DNA from: Ylistrum balloti
Lineage: Eukaryota
Direction of reading: 5' to 3'
Assembly: GCF_031769215.1 (NCBI RefSeq)
Contig: NW_026782469.1
Location: 62,001 to 126,000 of the forward strand
DNA: 64,000 bases
This document shows positions 37,954-52,237 of this stretch, piece after piece. The notes under the pieces were generated by a model. It saw nothing but the letters and a program-made list of their open reading frames with translations, was not told the DNA's origin and did no database searches. The position numbers and the translations under genes are program-made. Each line of letters starts with the position of its first letter. Positions within the stretch are counted from its first letter, which is position 1.

Positions 37954-39501
37954 CTAAAAAAAAAAACAAGAAAAGTACATCACCTACAATATTTTGGTTC
38001 ACGAACATACGCGTGGACGATCAAAACCTTGACACAAAGTTATGAAACGAGTCAGAGAGGTAACAGATTTAGAAGAATAGGTAAACAGTAATCACGTTAA
38101 TATGTCAAACCAAACACCCATCCCAAACCATATCCTTAATTTGGGGAAAAACGGAGTCCTGATAATCACTGTATTATCCATCTTGATGGATCAAAAATCT
38201 TCCGCTATTTTTGTTATTACCTGTTGAGGTGAAACTAATTTCAACACACTTATCTTATCTAATCCACTTCGAATAATTGAATTTTGTCAGTAACCAGGAT
38301 CTAATGGAAGCCTTTCAACCTATGTTTTGGGCAGAATGCAGAATTTTCGGGCATACGTATAAAATACGATTAGCCATTTATTTTTGGAGATACAAATTCA
38401 AACATGTTTTTAGATAATCAAAGTAAAAGTCGTCGGTTTTATTCGATTGTATATATATATATATATATATATATAGTTCATGTGGTTTAGTGAAGCTGGG
38501 TTCAATCAGGTCGTCAAGCATCATCAATTAGGTTAAACCGGATTATTCATTGGTGTGTTTTTAAATTGATGATAACTTTTGATATATATATATATATATC
38601 AACATCTATATATGGGAGTTCATTTAAAAGATGTCATCCATGAAAAAATACACAACTGGATGTCAACTGATTTCAGTATTGCTAATGAGTTTCCAGAAAT
38701 GTTCGATAAGCTCAAAATTACCCAAGTGTCAACTCCATTTGAACGAACATCTGAATCTAAAGCATCTATATTAACTAGGTTACATTATAGGTATAAGTTA
38801 AGCAGACATTTCATTTGGGAATTAAAGCATATAGTTACTGCATATGATATAAGGTAAAGCTTTGGTTCACAGGTTTCCGCCGGGATCTAAATTACGTAAA
38901 AGACAGGTGTTAGAGGTGAAAAGGTAGGGATGGATGTTTTAATGACATATTTGACATATTCAATAAATGTTTTCTTTAAGAAATAGAAATAGATTTACTC
39001 GAATTTTATATAAAACATAAACTGATATTTGATATCAATACATAAATGTTAAATTAGATGCATGAAAATATATATAATTCAATTCTGGAAACAAAAACAA
39101 ACAAAATCATTAAGTTAATAAGATATGTACGAAGTAACGAAATTTGATATTGTCTCAAAATTTGACTTTCAAAGAACAAAAATGAAGCCTGCAATAAAAA
39201 TGAAAGCATAATTGTACATACCACGATTTCTCCTTGCAAAAGAGTCTTCTTGGCGTTTGACTCGAGGTAGTGCTGCAAGTAGCATAACAAATCATTTCAT
39301 ATTTGTTTGGGCCAAAAAGATTACCCATTGTATAACAAAATAGCTGAACCATAGCAACTGCAAAATTGAGAAGCTTTTTTAGGATTTCTTTTGTGTGATA
39401 TTTTTAAAGAATGTTTCTGAAATATGTGTATTACTCCCATTTGATATCGATGTCCAATTTGATAGATCTGATGGATTATTTTCTGTCATTATGAGTTTGA
39501 A

Positions 39502-39532
<31 letters not shown>

Positions 39533-39839
39533 TAAAGTACGTATTGTTTTGTATTATATATCTACAAGCAGAGTATAACCTTAAAGCAATTTCAAAAAAT
39601 AAAAATAGTATAACTTCGTATATCATAATTCATCCTTCCCGTGAATACAAAAGTAAATGTTTTTGGTGCAGCGATTGCGCTGACGGCAGATCGTTTAACT
39701 TTTCAATCGCCAGGGAAGACCTGATGTAATTTGACTACCCCTGCACGGAACGGTTTGTGTTGCTGAAATTGACAGCCTGGACAATAATTATTACGCCAAT
39801 TTGCCTTGATGGCATGCAATGGGCTTCCAGTATGCTGTT

Positions 39840-39935
39840 CATTGAAGTAGCCCGTGGCTACAACAAAGATATTACATCCCTAAAAGGCCCTGGCTGTTGA
39901 TATGCGATAATCAAAGTAAGCAAATAAATATATCT
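39840..39935 (+). mobile_element. Probable SINE 3' tail
   Basis: GGCCCTGGCTGTTGATATGCGATAATCAAAGTAAGCAAATAAATA resembles the mollusc SINE CTGGCTGTT...AAAC(AAAT)n tail. No tRNA head is seen. Confidence 0.3.
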
Positions 39936-42531
39936 TCTATTTTATGATGGCACCTGCATGCTTCTCACAGTGTATTCGAACTTTATCATCATTCTCATTG
40001 TAACGTGAAAAAAAATCGATAGGATATTCTAATATAACTTTCAATATTGATGGAAAAATTTCATTGCAAAAAGTGGTCCCAAGCAGTTTTGTATTAATGT
40101 GATTCGAATTAACAAATGTGCCATGCCGTGATGAAAAGTTATGGAGTAAAATTTCGCGAAAATAAACTGCGATTCAAAAATCAAATCATCCAAGAATGTA
40201 AAGATCCTCTTTCAGGAATAATTTTAAAATCACTTTACGTGCGGCATGTCGAACCTACCTAATGTTCATAGTGATAGCCAAATTTGTTATTTAGTATTGA
40301 TGGAAAATAGTTTTGAATTGAAGTATCGGCTTTCAAAATACAAAACAAAAATATATGAATATGTTCTTTGCTTATTGCATAAACGAGCAATTATGGTCAT
40401 CGACAGGATGAGCGCCTATGGTATGGCTCCGAAGTTTGACTAATTCGTTGAACATCCTTTGCAGTCATAGCACATCCTATGATTACATCTTTACTGCGGT
40501 AAAGCACTCTCAGCTCAAACAAGTTACCAAAATGAATATATATATCATATGTTATGGTAGATTTCATAACATAAATGCGATGCTTCTAGTATATTTATTG
40601 ATATGATAAATGCAATAGCTATTTTGATAATGAATATAAAATGAGTTAAAAAGCTTACTAGATTTTAAAAAACTCATAGAAATTGAAAATATACTATCAA
40701 TGGTATTATTCGGAATAAAGTGATGTATATTTTGCGTACAAATGTATAGATTTAAAGCTAAAAATACCTGTTGAGAATGTTTCGTATCTATATTAGATCT
40801 ACAAAACGTCAACAGGTATTTTTTTATCGTAATGATATAGATTAATTTGTCAAACAAATTACTTTAATAATGCTGATGAAAATGTTTGTGGGTTCTCAGA
40901 ACTGCAATGAATTATATGGTTTATGCCTTGTTCAAATAACTGATATCCAATATCAACCAACGAGTGCTATATTTTTTTAACTGGACAGATTTTTCATTCT
41001 CCATTAGAAATTTAACTGAAAATGCTTAGGAATGTTACTGTTCATAAATTGTGATCTTTAGTCGAATATACGATGTCGCATCGACGACACAATCTCTGTC
41101 AATCTCTGACACTCTGTCAAAATATTACATGAATCATTCAACAATTGTTGCTACTGGAAAGGAAAGAAGAAAAACCAGAATGTTTTTAAATGTTTCAAGT
41201 CATCTGGTACATGTATATAGTAGTATAAAGAAGTATGATTCATAACGATTTTTTCAGCTTGACTGTACCTTTGTTACGAAAAAATGATCGAAAGAGGTCG
41301 ATAAATTGTGTGGGATACTGTTTATTTGCCGTTTCGTTTGTAACGTATTCTTTAATCTATTATCACACACAGATAAACTTTCGGTAATCACACGTTTTTG
41401 TCAACAATAAAAGATGACTACGCATGCGTATGCAACTGCACTTATAAATTGTGTCTGGATTGCTGATATAGATCTAACCAGCGTCAACAGACGATTCAAT
41501 TAGTATAGCATGACATAACACTCAGACTGACATCAAAATGAGAACGTTTCATTTCATAAATGTTAAAAGTATATTGCAAAGTTTCTGAGTCGTTAAGCTG
41601 TGACATATGCATCTTCAATGACTGACTGCTAGAGATAAAAACAGCGGACGAATGTCACACAAAAAAAATATTATGAAATTGAGTATGATTATATTTCAGT
41701 GTTCGCATTGTTAAGGTCACCTCCATATTATAGGTGCATTCGTCAACAGATGTTCCTTTAGTACCTGTATATCTATACTAAGAGAAAGTGAATACCAATA
41801 TCAGAGAAAGAAAATACCAGATCCAAAATTGTATTTGGGGCTTTTTCATCTAGAATTTCACATTACCTTTTTTATATTTCTTTTGTTTTTTGCATTTTCC
41901 TCAGTCGCCTCCTATGTTTTAAAACGTGAGCGCGAAACATTAATGAAGAGTCCTTGAATAAGGAAAAGTTTTAGTATGTTCTTTATGATTAGGCTCTACA
42001 TAATCGAATTTTAAATTTGGTATTGAACTGTTCTATTCACTTGTGATCATCATCACAAGCTCCCATTCAAATGTGTTTAAGTGCGCAAAGGCCACTGGGT
42101 AAATACAGCTACTGTATACCCCATCTTAAATACAGGAACCGTTAATGACTGATCAAATCTGCCGCCGCCTCATAGAACTGTGTCTTTGCGTAAACCAATG
42201 TACAGTTGTCTACTTTTACAGTATTTCCAAGAGACGGTCATGGAGACAAACGTTTCCAGATATCTGGATCTTATTACATGTCTACCGGCTCTAAACTGTC
42301 TCAACTTATATATCTAATAGCTTTCATATGAAAACATTCTTAGGAACACAGCGAATTATATTAACAAAACATCTAACATAGTGACACACATATCGAAAAG
42401 TATATCTGCGGTTTACAATCAATCTTGTATAGCATAAAGAAGCTGCATTAATATTTGCGGTAGTCTTCACAGAATTTATTTGCCAAACGTGATAAAGAAA
42501 ATATTTTAAAAGTAAAAGAACGCATACTTAC

Positions 42532-42547
42532 CCAAACCGTTTCCTAC
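42532..42547 (-). CDS. Candidate 16-nt leader microexon of the vWA gene
   Basis: CTATTTTTCAG|GTAGGAAACGGTTTGG|GTAAGT. Read phase 0-1 it gives VGNGL joined in frame to VCGKIADL. Confidence 0.5.
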
Positions 42548-45500
42548 CTGAAAAATAGAATGTGAAACATGAGTATGTTATATTCTTTACTTTATTGCGA
42601 TAAAAATATGTCTTTGTTGTATTTGCTTTAATCATTCAATCTACATTATGATACTTTATGCCCGCCTTAAATCAGTAATCAGTCCTTGACATTCATTTCA
42701 TCAATCAACTCTACACACTAATGTCTTGATACCTATGAAACTTCAAATCAGGCAATAAACCAAAACAGATATTTTATTATGTAGAGTACAAATTTGGGGT
42801 ATGCATGTTGATGATTAGCTTTCTTATGGCTCCGTATTTTTTTTTTTTTTTTTTTTTATTTTTTCCTCAGAAGTACATATTGATTCATATTTATCTAAGT
42901 ACTTCAGTTATTAAAGAGGTAAACAATTGTTTTCACCTCCATAGGGTTTTTAAAATAATCTCGTTACCATTATTTATATTTTTATATATTTGATAAAGCT
43001 GCTCAAATGCAAATCAGTTGTTTCTGATTTGAAGACTTGAAGAACTCCTTACATAATGGATTTACTAATTCAATTTGAAGATCATGCTATCAGAAAACAT
43101 CTGGGTCCTTTATTCTGTAGGTCGGTGTATCTTGTCTCGATTCTTCTATCAATTGTAGCAATAGATCAGTGACCCCATTATCAGGGACATCTAAGTAGGG
43201 GGCTTTTATACAGCAGGACACAGACAGTATTGACCCCCTGTCAGGGCTACCTTGGGAAGGAGCTGATAGGGACGTATAGGACACACTATAGGGCAAATTT
43301 AAAGGCTACCTGACGTATAAATAAAACAACATTACGATAGCAGTTTTCTTAACATAAGAACTATGACTACCACAGGCCTTGCCTAGATATAATACCTATG
43401 TACATCTAACATGATATACAGGTATAAAGATATAAAGGTCGATTATGACGACCAACACTAGAGTAAATATATTAAGCATAATAGTTACTGACCACCTTTC
43501 TGTCAAGCAATCTTTATCACAATTCTGGTGTTTTACTTAGTACGTTTGCAACCTTTTCCAGCTTTAAAAAATTGATTTACTTGTTTATATTCACGAAATT
43601 TTCTTTTGTTTTTAATATATAAAATATATAAACATTGTTACATATAGGTTGGCAACAATATAAGGAACCCTTTCTTTAAAAAAAAAATACACGTGCATTA
43701 CGGAATATTTCGGGACAATAGGAATCCGATTTCCATTCTCAACATTGTTGTAATTAAAGTTAACAGATTGAATGTTAAATATGGTATATATACCGTTTGA
43801 TATAACTGATATTTCATGTTCTTTCACTTTTGTGTAATAAGAATGTATTCGATGAATACAACATGGCATGCGTGTTTTTGTTGGTAATGTCATCGATCAC
43901 AGATGTTTATTGTTGCTACGATACTACAATTAGAGGACATCGGAATAGCACAAGCATAGATAAATTTTCAAGCTGTGCTCACTACTCGGGACAGGTTATG
44001 TCTATCATGCAGTCGATATCATGGAATGGAACATGAAATGCTATCGTAATGTCAAACCTAAGTCTGACACCTGGATAATAAGCGATTGTCATCTCTCATG
44101 ACTATCAGAGAGGTAGCCAACGCAAAACAAAATCAAGGAAACATCGCCTCAAAGTGAGTCCGACTCTTCAAGAGGTTATAACAAATTAACTAAACCGAGA
44201 ACCTAGATTCTGGTATAGGGGTAGTTATGGGTTTTATTATCGTATATGAAATGTTGGCAAAATGTGAATTTAAAAGATTAAGAGAGTAATTAAGGGGGGG
44301 GGGGGTAAATATCGAATCAGGTGGCAGCATATCTCTTTAAAATTAAGATTTGTCAAAGTTTGTAAATATAACGAGGGTATGACGGGGATGATTATCAAAT
44401 GAGATTAAAAAATGCATATCGCAGCATGTAGCCGTAGGAGGTTAATATTAGGCAATGCAATATATGGGTAAAGATTTTAGGTACGTATTTTCTTGTTTAA
44501 TGTACCAGTCAAATGTAAATGAATGCGTCCATTATAGACAGGATTACGTAATCTGTGAGGGAGACGCCTCAGTTCTTGCTGATAGCCCTACTTCTATCAT
44601 TATGTATATTTAATGACGGATAAATGTTCAGTGTCGAAATGGGCAAAGGGAATGCATGGGTGGTATTTACATCCTAATAGATCAGTGAAATAAATTATAA
44701 GCATACAGGCATGTCAAATACTGCAATACGAAGCAGCATATCATTTCTCCACATGTCATTCAATACAATATCATCCCAGATTACTGAAATATACAAATAT
44801 GATATTGCACTGTATAACTTATGTTACCCATTGAAACTAAATACGGAAATGTGATACCAAGAGAATGAGATCCCTTATAAAATGGCAGATTATCGGTAGT
44901 GGTGGTCTAGAATTGAACAATACATCAAAGAGAAAAATACGATAAAAAAAAGTGCATCAGGTCTATTTTCAATTTATGTCCTAGACACAGACTGACCGCA
45001 AGACCCGAGGTTTTTGTAATGGGTTCTCTAGACACATATCATTACTAGTTCAGATTAGATCGAAGGATTGGCAGAGATATGCAAGAGATAAAACTGTACT
45101 ATTAAGTACAATGATGAATTTTGCTTTTAAATTACACAGGAAATAACAGATTTTTTTTTGTTTTTTTGCAAGTTAAACAAAGAGTGCGCTTCCAAATAAT
45201 TTCGCCGTATTCAGAATAAATTGTTAAGTATTAATAGAAATCATCAATTTTGTTCGTCTATTCTGTTTGGAAGTTTTTATCTATATTCATAAACAAACTT
45301 AAATACAAATGTTCTTGTATGCAAATGAGATATGTTTTCCAGAAATTTAAAAACTTTATACCATATATATAGACAATACATGGTCAGTGTACATGTATGT
45401 ATTACTATTTATCCTGCAAAATTAATTGAAAGTCGGATTATTGACAAAACAGATTTGTTTTGTACGTAACCTGAGGTTTAGTCCGAGGTGAGTGGTTCCA

Positions 45501-47179
45501 CTTTCCTTACTTGTGAAGGTTGTATTTCTCTGTGTTAACGTATCTATGTCTTCGGACAAGACTCTTAACCGTAATTGCTCTAGATGACATGCAATTACGG
45601 ATCTCCCGTATGTTATTCAGTGAGGTGGCCACCAGTTATTTCAAGGAGACATGAAATGACACTGTTTGTTCATGGGCGATACACCAATCAAAACATTCGT
45701 ATGTTAATCTACAGAAAATGACTTCCAACAAAGAAAGTTTTTAGTGGAAATTCATATCGTGGTCATTACTATAACGACCTTATTTTAAAGTTTACCGGTG
45801 GGTATCTACAAAAAAAGAACTATAAATTTTGTTGAAATAATCTGGCGTCGGCAAAGATTAAACAATTTCTTTTATCAGCTTTGATGAGAATATGCATTTA
45901 TTTCCACGCTGGTATTAACGATAAACCTATTAACAAACTAGTCCAAAAGCATGAATTTATAAAAGCTAATTTGCCTACAAAGGTACCCTGACGCTTGGTG
46001 TGAGTTATTGATTTAAAGACTGGTCATCAATATATTTGAATCAGTGATATATAGGAACAGTGGATATATATACCTAAGCTCTGTCGGTTTAGTAACTCTG
46101 GCCAATACCTATTTCATGGTCAGCATTGTAAAACCAAATCCTGAAGGATGACAACAAGAGTAATAAAACTGATCATCATTTTAAATGTCTTCATCAAGGT
46201 GGCTTCAAAGTTTCATCTAGCAGTGACACTATTGCATCAACTACAGAACATTAGTTTTTTTGTAACTATCATAAAGTTTTCAGACATTTTAAAGTGAATG
46301 ATCAGTGTGTAAAGTGTTTTTACCTCACTGATCGATTTCGAAATCCTACAGCTATCACTAGTAATATATTATCTAATCGAAAATTGAGATACGTTTAAGT
46401 CAAGCATTGCTAGATTGAACTATTTTCCTCAAATCAGTGATAAAATGCCTTCGATTTCAAATCATTTCATTGTCAACACAATCTTACCATATATACATGA
46501 ATAAATAGATCTGTAATTCTGAAATGAACACTTTTGAAAAGCATTTTTTTCAGACGTTAAGACAAGTAAAACATGAGCTGATGCAGCTTGACAAAACATG
46601 TTCGCAAAGTCACATACAGGAAACAGTGCAGACAAAACCTTTCTGTGTAGAAAGGTTAAAATAAAAGCCCTCGTCAACAACCACGTACAAATGTCAACAC
46701 AGAATCCCTGCTATGTACAGTCTGTAACGTAACACAGTAAAATATGCTGCAGCACCAATAATACTGTTCTCACGGTTAAATAAACAATCGACTCTGAACT
46801 TGAATGTCAGGTAAAATTCTGATTGAGCTCGTGTCATGATGGGCTATGTCCCATTCCTAGTGTTATGCCATCTGTCAAAACGAAATATTGTGAATAATTA
46901 TTTTTATGTCCATAACTATTGCATCAAAAGAGGAATGGCTTTCATATTTCGCATGTGTGGTCCTTGTGACCTGTTTTGACATTTTTGACTATGTGATATT
47001 AATTTTCTTGCAATCGGGGACAAAGTGTTCCATAAACAAATCTTGTTGAATTAAGAATAAATGTTATCGAATATTCCGTCGATGCGTTCTCTCATAACGA
47101 AACAGGCAATGTTTTCAGTGTAAGTGTAAAATCCAGTAAGTTTTCAAGTTAAGAAAGTTATATAACAGGTTTTACTTAC

Positions 47180-47230
47180 ACAGGTAACAGTGAACAAAAA
47201 GCAATAGACGTTAAACCCACGATCAGTCTC
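47180..47230 (-). CDS. Candidate signal-peptide exon of the vWA gene
   Basis: Donor |GTAAGT at 47179. Hydrophobic in two frames (ETDRGFNVYCFLFTVTC, or RLIVGLTSIAFCSLLPV). No in-frame ATG is inside the exon. Confidence 0.35.
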
Positions 47231-50200
47231 CTGTCATTTAAACTTATACACTAAAACCTTACTTAACTGACATTACTCTGTTTGGTTGGATATGACAGTG
47301 TGTGAAGGTAATTTGGATATTTAGTCCTTGAATCAATTAATCAAATGTCACTCAATCCTACTAAAAGTAACCACAATGGCCGACACGTGTACGTAATTCC
47401 ACACATAAAAATACCTGTCAAAAGTTGACCGAGTCTGCTTAGGCTTTCATGCAATATATTGTCGGTAATAGACAGTTACTTTTCACCTAAATATCTGTCA
47501 ATTCCTCAAATCAATGCAAAATTACTGAGCTCTTCAAGAGCAAATGTGTGTATGTTGGAATTGTTTCTTTCGGAATCAGTGTCCAAATCATTACAGGGTA
47601 CCCATCACTGTATCTATTTTACCTATATATAACATTTTATCTACAACATTATGCAAGTATTACCTAGACTTCTCGATATGACTGAGGAATATGTGTAAGA
47701 GACAGTATATGATTTCTAGTATTTTGTTTCGAAGTTTATCTCTCACCTATATCTAAATGATGCATAACAAGTTTTATCAAATAATGCATTTTAAAGCTCT
47801 GGACAGGTTTTATATGCAGAGAATGACAACAATGTGCACAAAACATAAATCAGACATTTGATTCAATATATATACAAATTTATGTTAAAAAGATGACACC
47901 TTATGCTGTCATCTGAAACTACCATGACTGAATTAGCATAAACTAGATCGCATAAGATAGCAAAGCATCAACGTCCAAGGTTACAAAAGTCTTACACCTC
48001 TCGTTAAAATATCGTGACACATGAAATATCAAATATCATTTTAAAAATCTTAATCTGTTTAAACAAATATTTACTTTCCCATTCTACAAGGTTCATCATT
48101 TTCTTATTTCGTTACTTTTTGCTTTGTGCGTACTTGAAATTGGTTCGAAATTCAAGACTTTGTCTCAAAATCTGCCTAATGTTTGGCGTGTCGCTAAGCG
48201 TTTAATGCTTAATCACGAAAATATTCCTTGCAATTTTTTAATGATTAATTACCCTTTATATGGGCATGGAATCTCCCGCTAATTTGCACCGCATAACTAT
48301 TTATATTCCTGTGACAAGTAAGGCCGCTGTATTTTTTATTGTTGTTGTACATTTTTAATGTCATAAGTGTCTGAAGTTGTTATTTTTAATGTCATAAGCG
48401 ATACACTGTAAAATAATGTATATTTGCATTCTTTTCATTATCCCCGTAAAAGAAAATATGAAGCTTACAGGGTGACGCTATATAGTGTTAACACTGTAAA
48501 TACCAATTTTACAAAGGATGGAAAGGTATCAGATTAAAAACGTAATAATACCGAAAGATATATTTCGCAATGTCACAAATTCCTTCAGAGACTAACATAT
48601 TTTGTACCTTTGATAAACATTTCTTACATTCAATCTAACGGGGAATATTAAGTATTAAAAAACAAGTTTCACATTATCTGTTATTTAAAGGAACTTTTTC
48701 TGTACTCTTCTTTTAACAACAAAACGTTATTAAACTGTGCTTAACATATTCATTTTAAATGGATATTTCAAAACGCTTGTGGTTAAACTATATTTCTGTA
48801 AATGTGAAATAAACATGATCGTAAATATTGTTCAAGTGTTATTGAAATGACCTCTAAACATATTTTCAGATGTCGCTTTAAACTGATTTATATACAAAGG
48901 AGAAAAACCAATCACAAATAAACACAAAAGTAAAGTCTTTGAATTGATTCAAAAGTAGAAAGAAAGAAAATAAAAACTCTACTTTCTTTAAAAATACGAG
49001 TGAAAATATTTAAAACGGAGTATCATTTACATCATCATAGTGATGTGAGTAAAGTCAAAAATTCCATGTCCTCTCTTGAATAAACCGTCAATGTATCAAA
49101 TTCTAGCGATAAATAGTAGTTCTAAAATGCAGTTCATTCGTATTACGCACAGTATTTTTTTCTCGTCAAAACAGGTGGTATTGTGATGTATGCAAGTGAG
49201 TGATAAAATATTTGTGGTTTTGGTCTCTCGGCTTACATAACTAAAAGACAGTTCTGGGTTGATATGTGTTAATGTATGACCCGAAATAGAGCAATGAAAT
49301 GACTGACATTCTTTGGGAATGCAACCAATTTTTTAACTACCTTGCCATGCCCATATACTCATTTGCATATCATGTTCTGTCTTCTTAATTTAACCCATTC
49401 ACTTAAACTGTCTCTTCCTGACCAATCTGGATTTTTATATTAGGCGAGTAAGTTCCTGCCCTTCATTAACAATGCACTAGGTTCCTTACAAAAGAATATG
49501 CAAGAAAAAATGACTAAAATTAATACAACTAACATTCATCATGCTTAATGTACATGACACAAATGCAAAGAACAGCATTTTCTATATTTGTCTCCAACTG
49601 TTATACTAATATGGAATCAGGTGAATCCATAGACCAGAATATATATTTTGACACCGCTGCGAAGAGTATTTGTGTGGTACGCACAGCGCAATTTGAGCAT
49701 AATACACCCGTAAATTGATGGTATCCAAATTCATTTTTCTGACTTTTTACTTTATATGTTTTTAATTAAGAATATTTCGTGAGATAATTGATCAATCTAG
49801 TATGCATCACCTCTCCAGAGAAAGTCAGGATCTTTGACATTTTTCAGATCTTGTATTGATAATGTAAAATGAGTGTTTGATCCTCTAATCTTAACTGATG
49901 ACCGCCTCAATGGCGTGAGCTACAAAACAGAAAATTCAGAACAGAAAACGATGAAAAAAGTCAGAGTGATATGGATCCGATATTGATCTGCAACACATAT
50001 GGTCCAGGAAAACTATCCTATTTTAGACGGGTTACGGGCTTTTTTGTTATGAAATATATTCAGTTTCGTTTATGTCCATTTAATAACGTACTTATTGTTC
50101 GGCCAGTTTTGATTTGACCTCTAGCTTCCCAATTTTTTGGCCCCTATTATCACTAATTTGCAGTTGTTTGATACTATATATAGTCATTTGTTTTCAATTC

Positions 50201-51789
50201 ATTGATGTTTCCTGTTTTTGTGTTTCTTTTATTTGTCTTTTTCCTCTTTTTCCCTTTTTTTGTTTTTTCTTCTTTTTTTTCTTTTATCATCTGTAATGTG
50301 TCATTTCTTCAGTTTGTTTCAACTTTTGGTTTAAAGAACGTTGTATATCTGCAATAATGATGTTGTATTTTGTTTTATTTCTGATCAAATATCTCACCAG
50401 ATACCACATTTAGTCATTTTTTAGAGGTAAGAAAGTGTAGCATATAGCATGGAATTATGACCAAAGGAGTACATATAGTTAACTTAATGATACATTTTTA
50501 CAGACAAACGTTTTGCGGAATTGAATTGCTAAATTCAAACTTAAAACATAGAAATGAATCTGTTACTTTACTTCACAACTGTACTATATATATAATGTGT
50601 TTTGGAGATTGCATGTTCGCTGAAATAGCAAGATAGGGGAAAACGCCTCCGGGACATATCATTCAGATTTATAGACTAAGAGATAGTATATATCTACGTC
50701 AAGTGTTCCTACTTCACCCTTTCTTTTTCTCAACAAAACTTAGAAATTACGTAAGTGAACAATGAATCAAATAATTTTTCGACACATAAAACTATGGTAT
50801 TATAACAGACTTAATAACCTTCTATACTTTCCTTGTGACCATGCTAGGTTTTGTGTCTCTTTCATTTCACTTCATGGACAGATTTTATTTCGGAAAAAAG
50901 TCATGTGATTCAACAGCGCATCAGTTTCACATAGCACAGGTATATCCTACAAATTGCTATAGTACATTTGATATGTAGGTAAAAAAATATTTTTGTCACG
51001 TAAACACATAGATAGACATAAATTTTGTATATATATATATGTACAAAAATACAGACGCAGTTCACAAATAGAATCATAACAGAGAACTTGATGGCTCAAG
51101 AAAGATGAATTTTGTTTACCTGTGTATACTGATTTTTATAAACATGTAATGCCAGACAGAATAACGAGAGATTTATCAGTAGTAATTTATCAAATTAAAC
51201 ATAAAACGAGGAGATACAAATATGTACTCAAATAGATACTACATAATGATTTAACACATTTTACTTTACCTTAAATTAATTTCGAGTGTATGAAATAAGT
51301 CTTATATACTGTGTGAAGGCATGTCTATTCAATTCTGACTCATAAATCATGCCTTCTGTTCACCACACAGTCGTGTATGTTTAAATGCCAAGTGTGTGAC
51401 CAATATAAAGTCATACTACTGGTTCTCATTAAATGCTCTCGGTTGTCATAAAAGTAGATTATCTGAACGTATAACAAGTCATGTAAAACTGCGTTTGATC
51501 ACCACGTCGGTGTTACCTAATCGGGGGGTAATCTGTGTTAAAATGTCGTAATAGTGTCTCGATTAGGTGTCGTATTTGAATGAGAATGAATGGAAAATGG
51601 TGGGTGAGGAACAAGATTATTGTTGCTTAAAATATACAAATTGACATCGGTGACGGAAGAAGGGAAACAGATTTTGACATCTAACTATAAGGTGTTATGA
51701 TCTACTACATCAAGCCACTGATTGATTTTAATGAATTACATAAACACTCACCAGGAAAAGCAGCCCCCTCCCCCCAGCAATTAAGTCCG

Positions 51790-52237
51790 AACCATCATTA
51801 AAGGAAGAGGGATCAGATTTGTATAAGGATGGATCTCAGCCGGGTCGGGCGGGAGGGGCATGCCCAAAAGAGGAAATAGGACAAATTATTGTTCGTAAAT
51901 TTGGTCTCAGACAACATTTGGTGAAGGTGACCAATTCTGTATAAACAATAGTTTTCCGGCCCCTGGGGTGGGAAGGTTGGAGCCCAAAAGGGGAAATAGA
52001 GCAAATTCTTTAAAATCCATCTTTTGTCAGAATGATTCAATTTTGTCAATATTTGATCTGAAGCATCATTGGTGAAGAGAACTTAGTTTTGTACAAACAG
52101 TGCATCTTTTGGATGGAGAGATGGGGCCTAATAAGGGAAATAGATACAAGGTTTTTTTTTTTTCAAAAACGTTTTCTTTAGAATCAATTAATATCAGCAA
52201 ACCAGGTGGGGGATACACGCCCTATGTGCCTCTTGTT
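51790..52237 (+). mobile_element. HINE/Helentron-like element, 3' part
   Basis: About three ~120-140-bp units (..CCCAAAAGGGGAAATAG..) and the 3' end GATACACGCCCTATGTGCCTCTTGTT. Confidence 0.6.

Noticed and set aside
43866-44036. MACVFLLVMSSITDVYC signal-peptide-like plus-strand ORF
   Set aside because: Weak donor and no downstream coding exons on the plus strand.
46131-46185. Second hammerhead-like motif (CTGAAGGA TGAC..GTAA..AAAAC TGATCA TC)
   Set aside because: Both core segments and stem I are disrupted; too many changes are needed.
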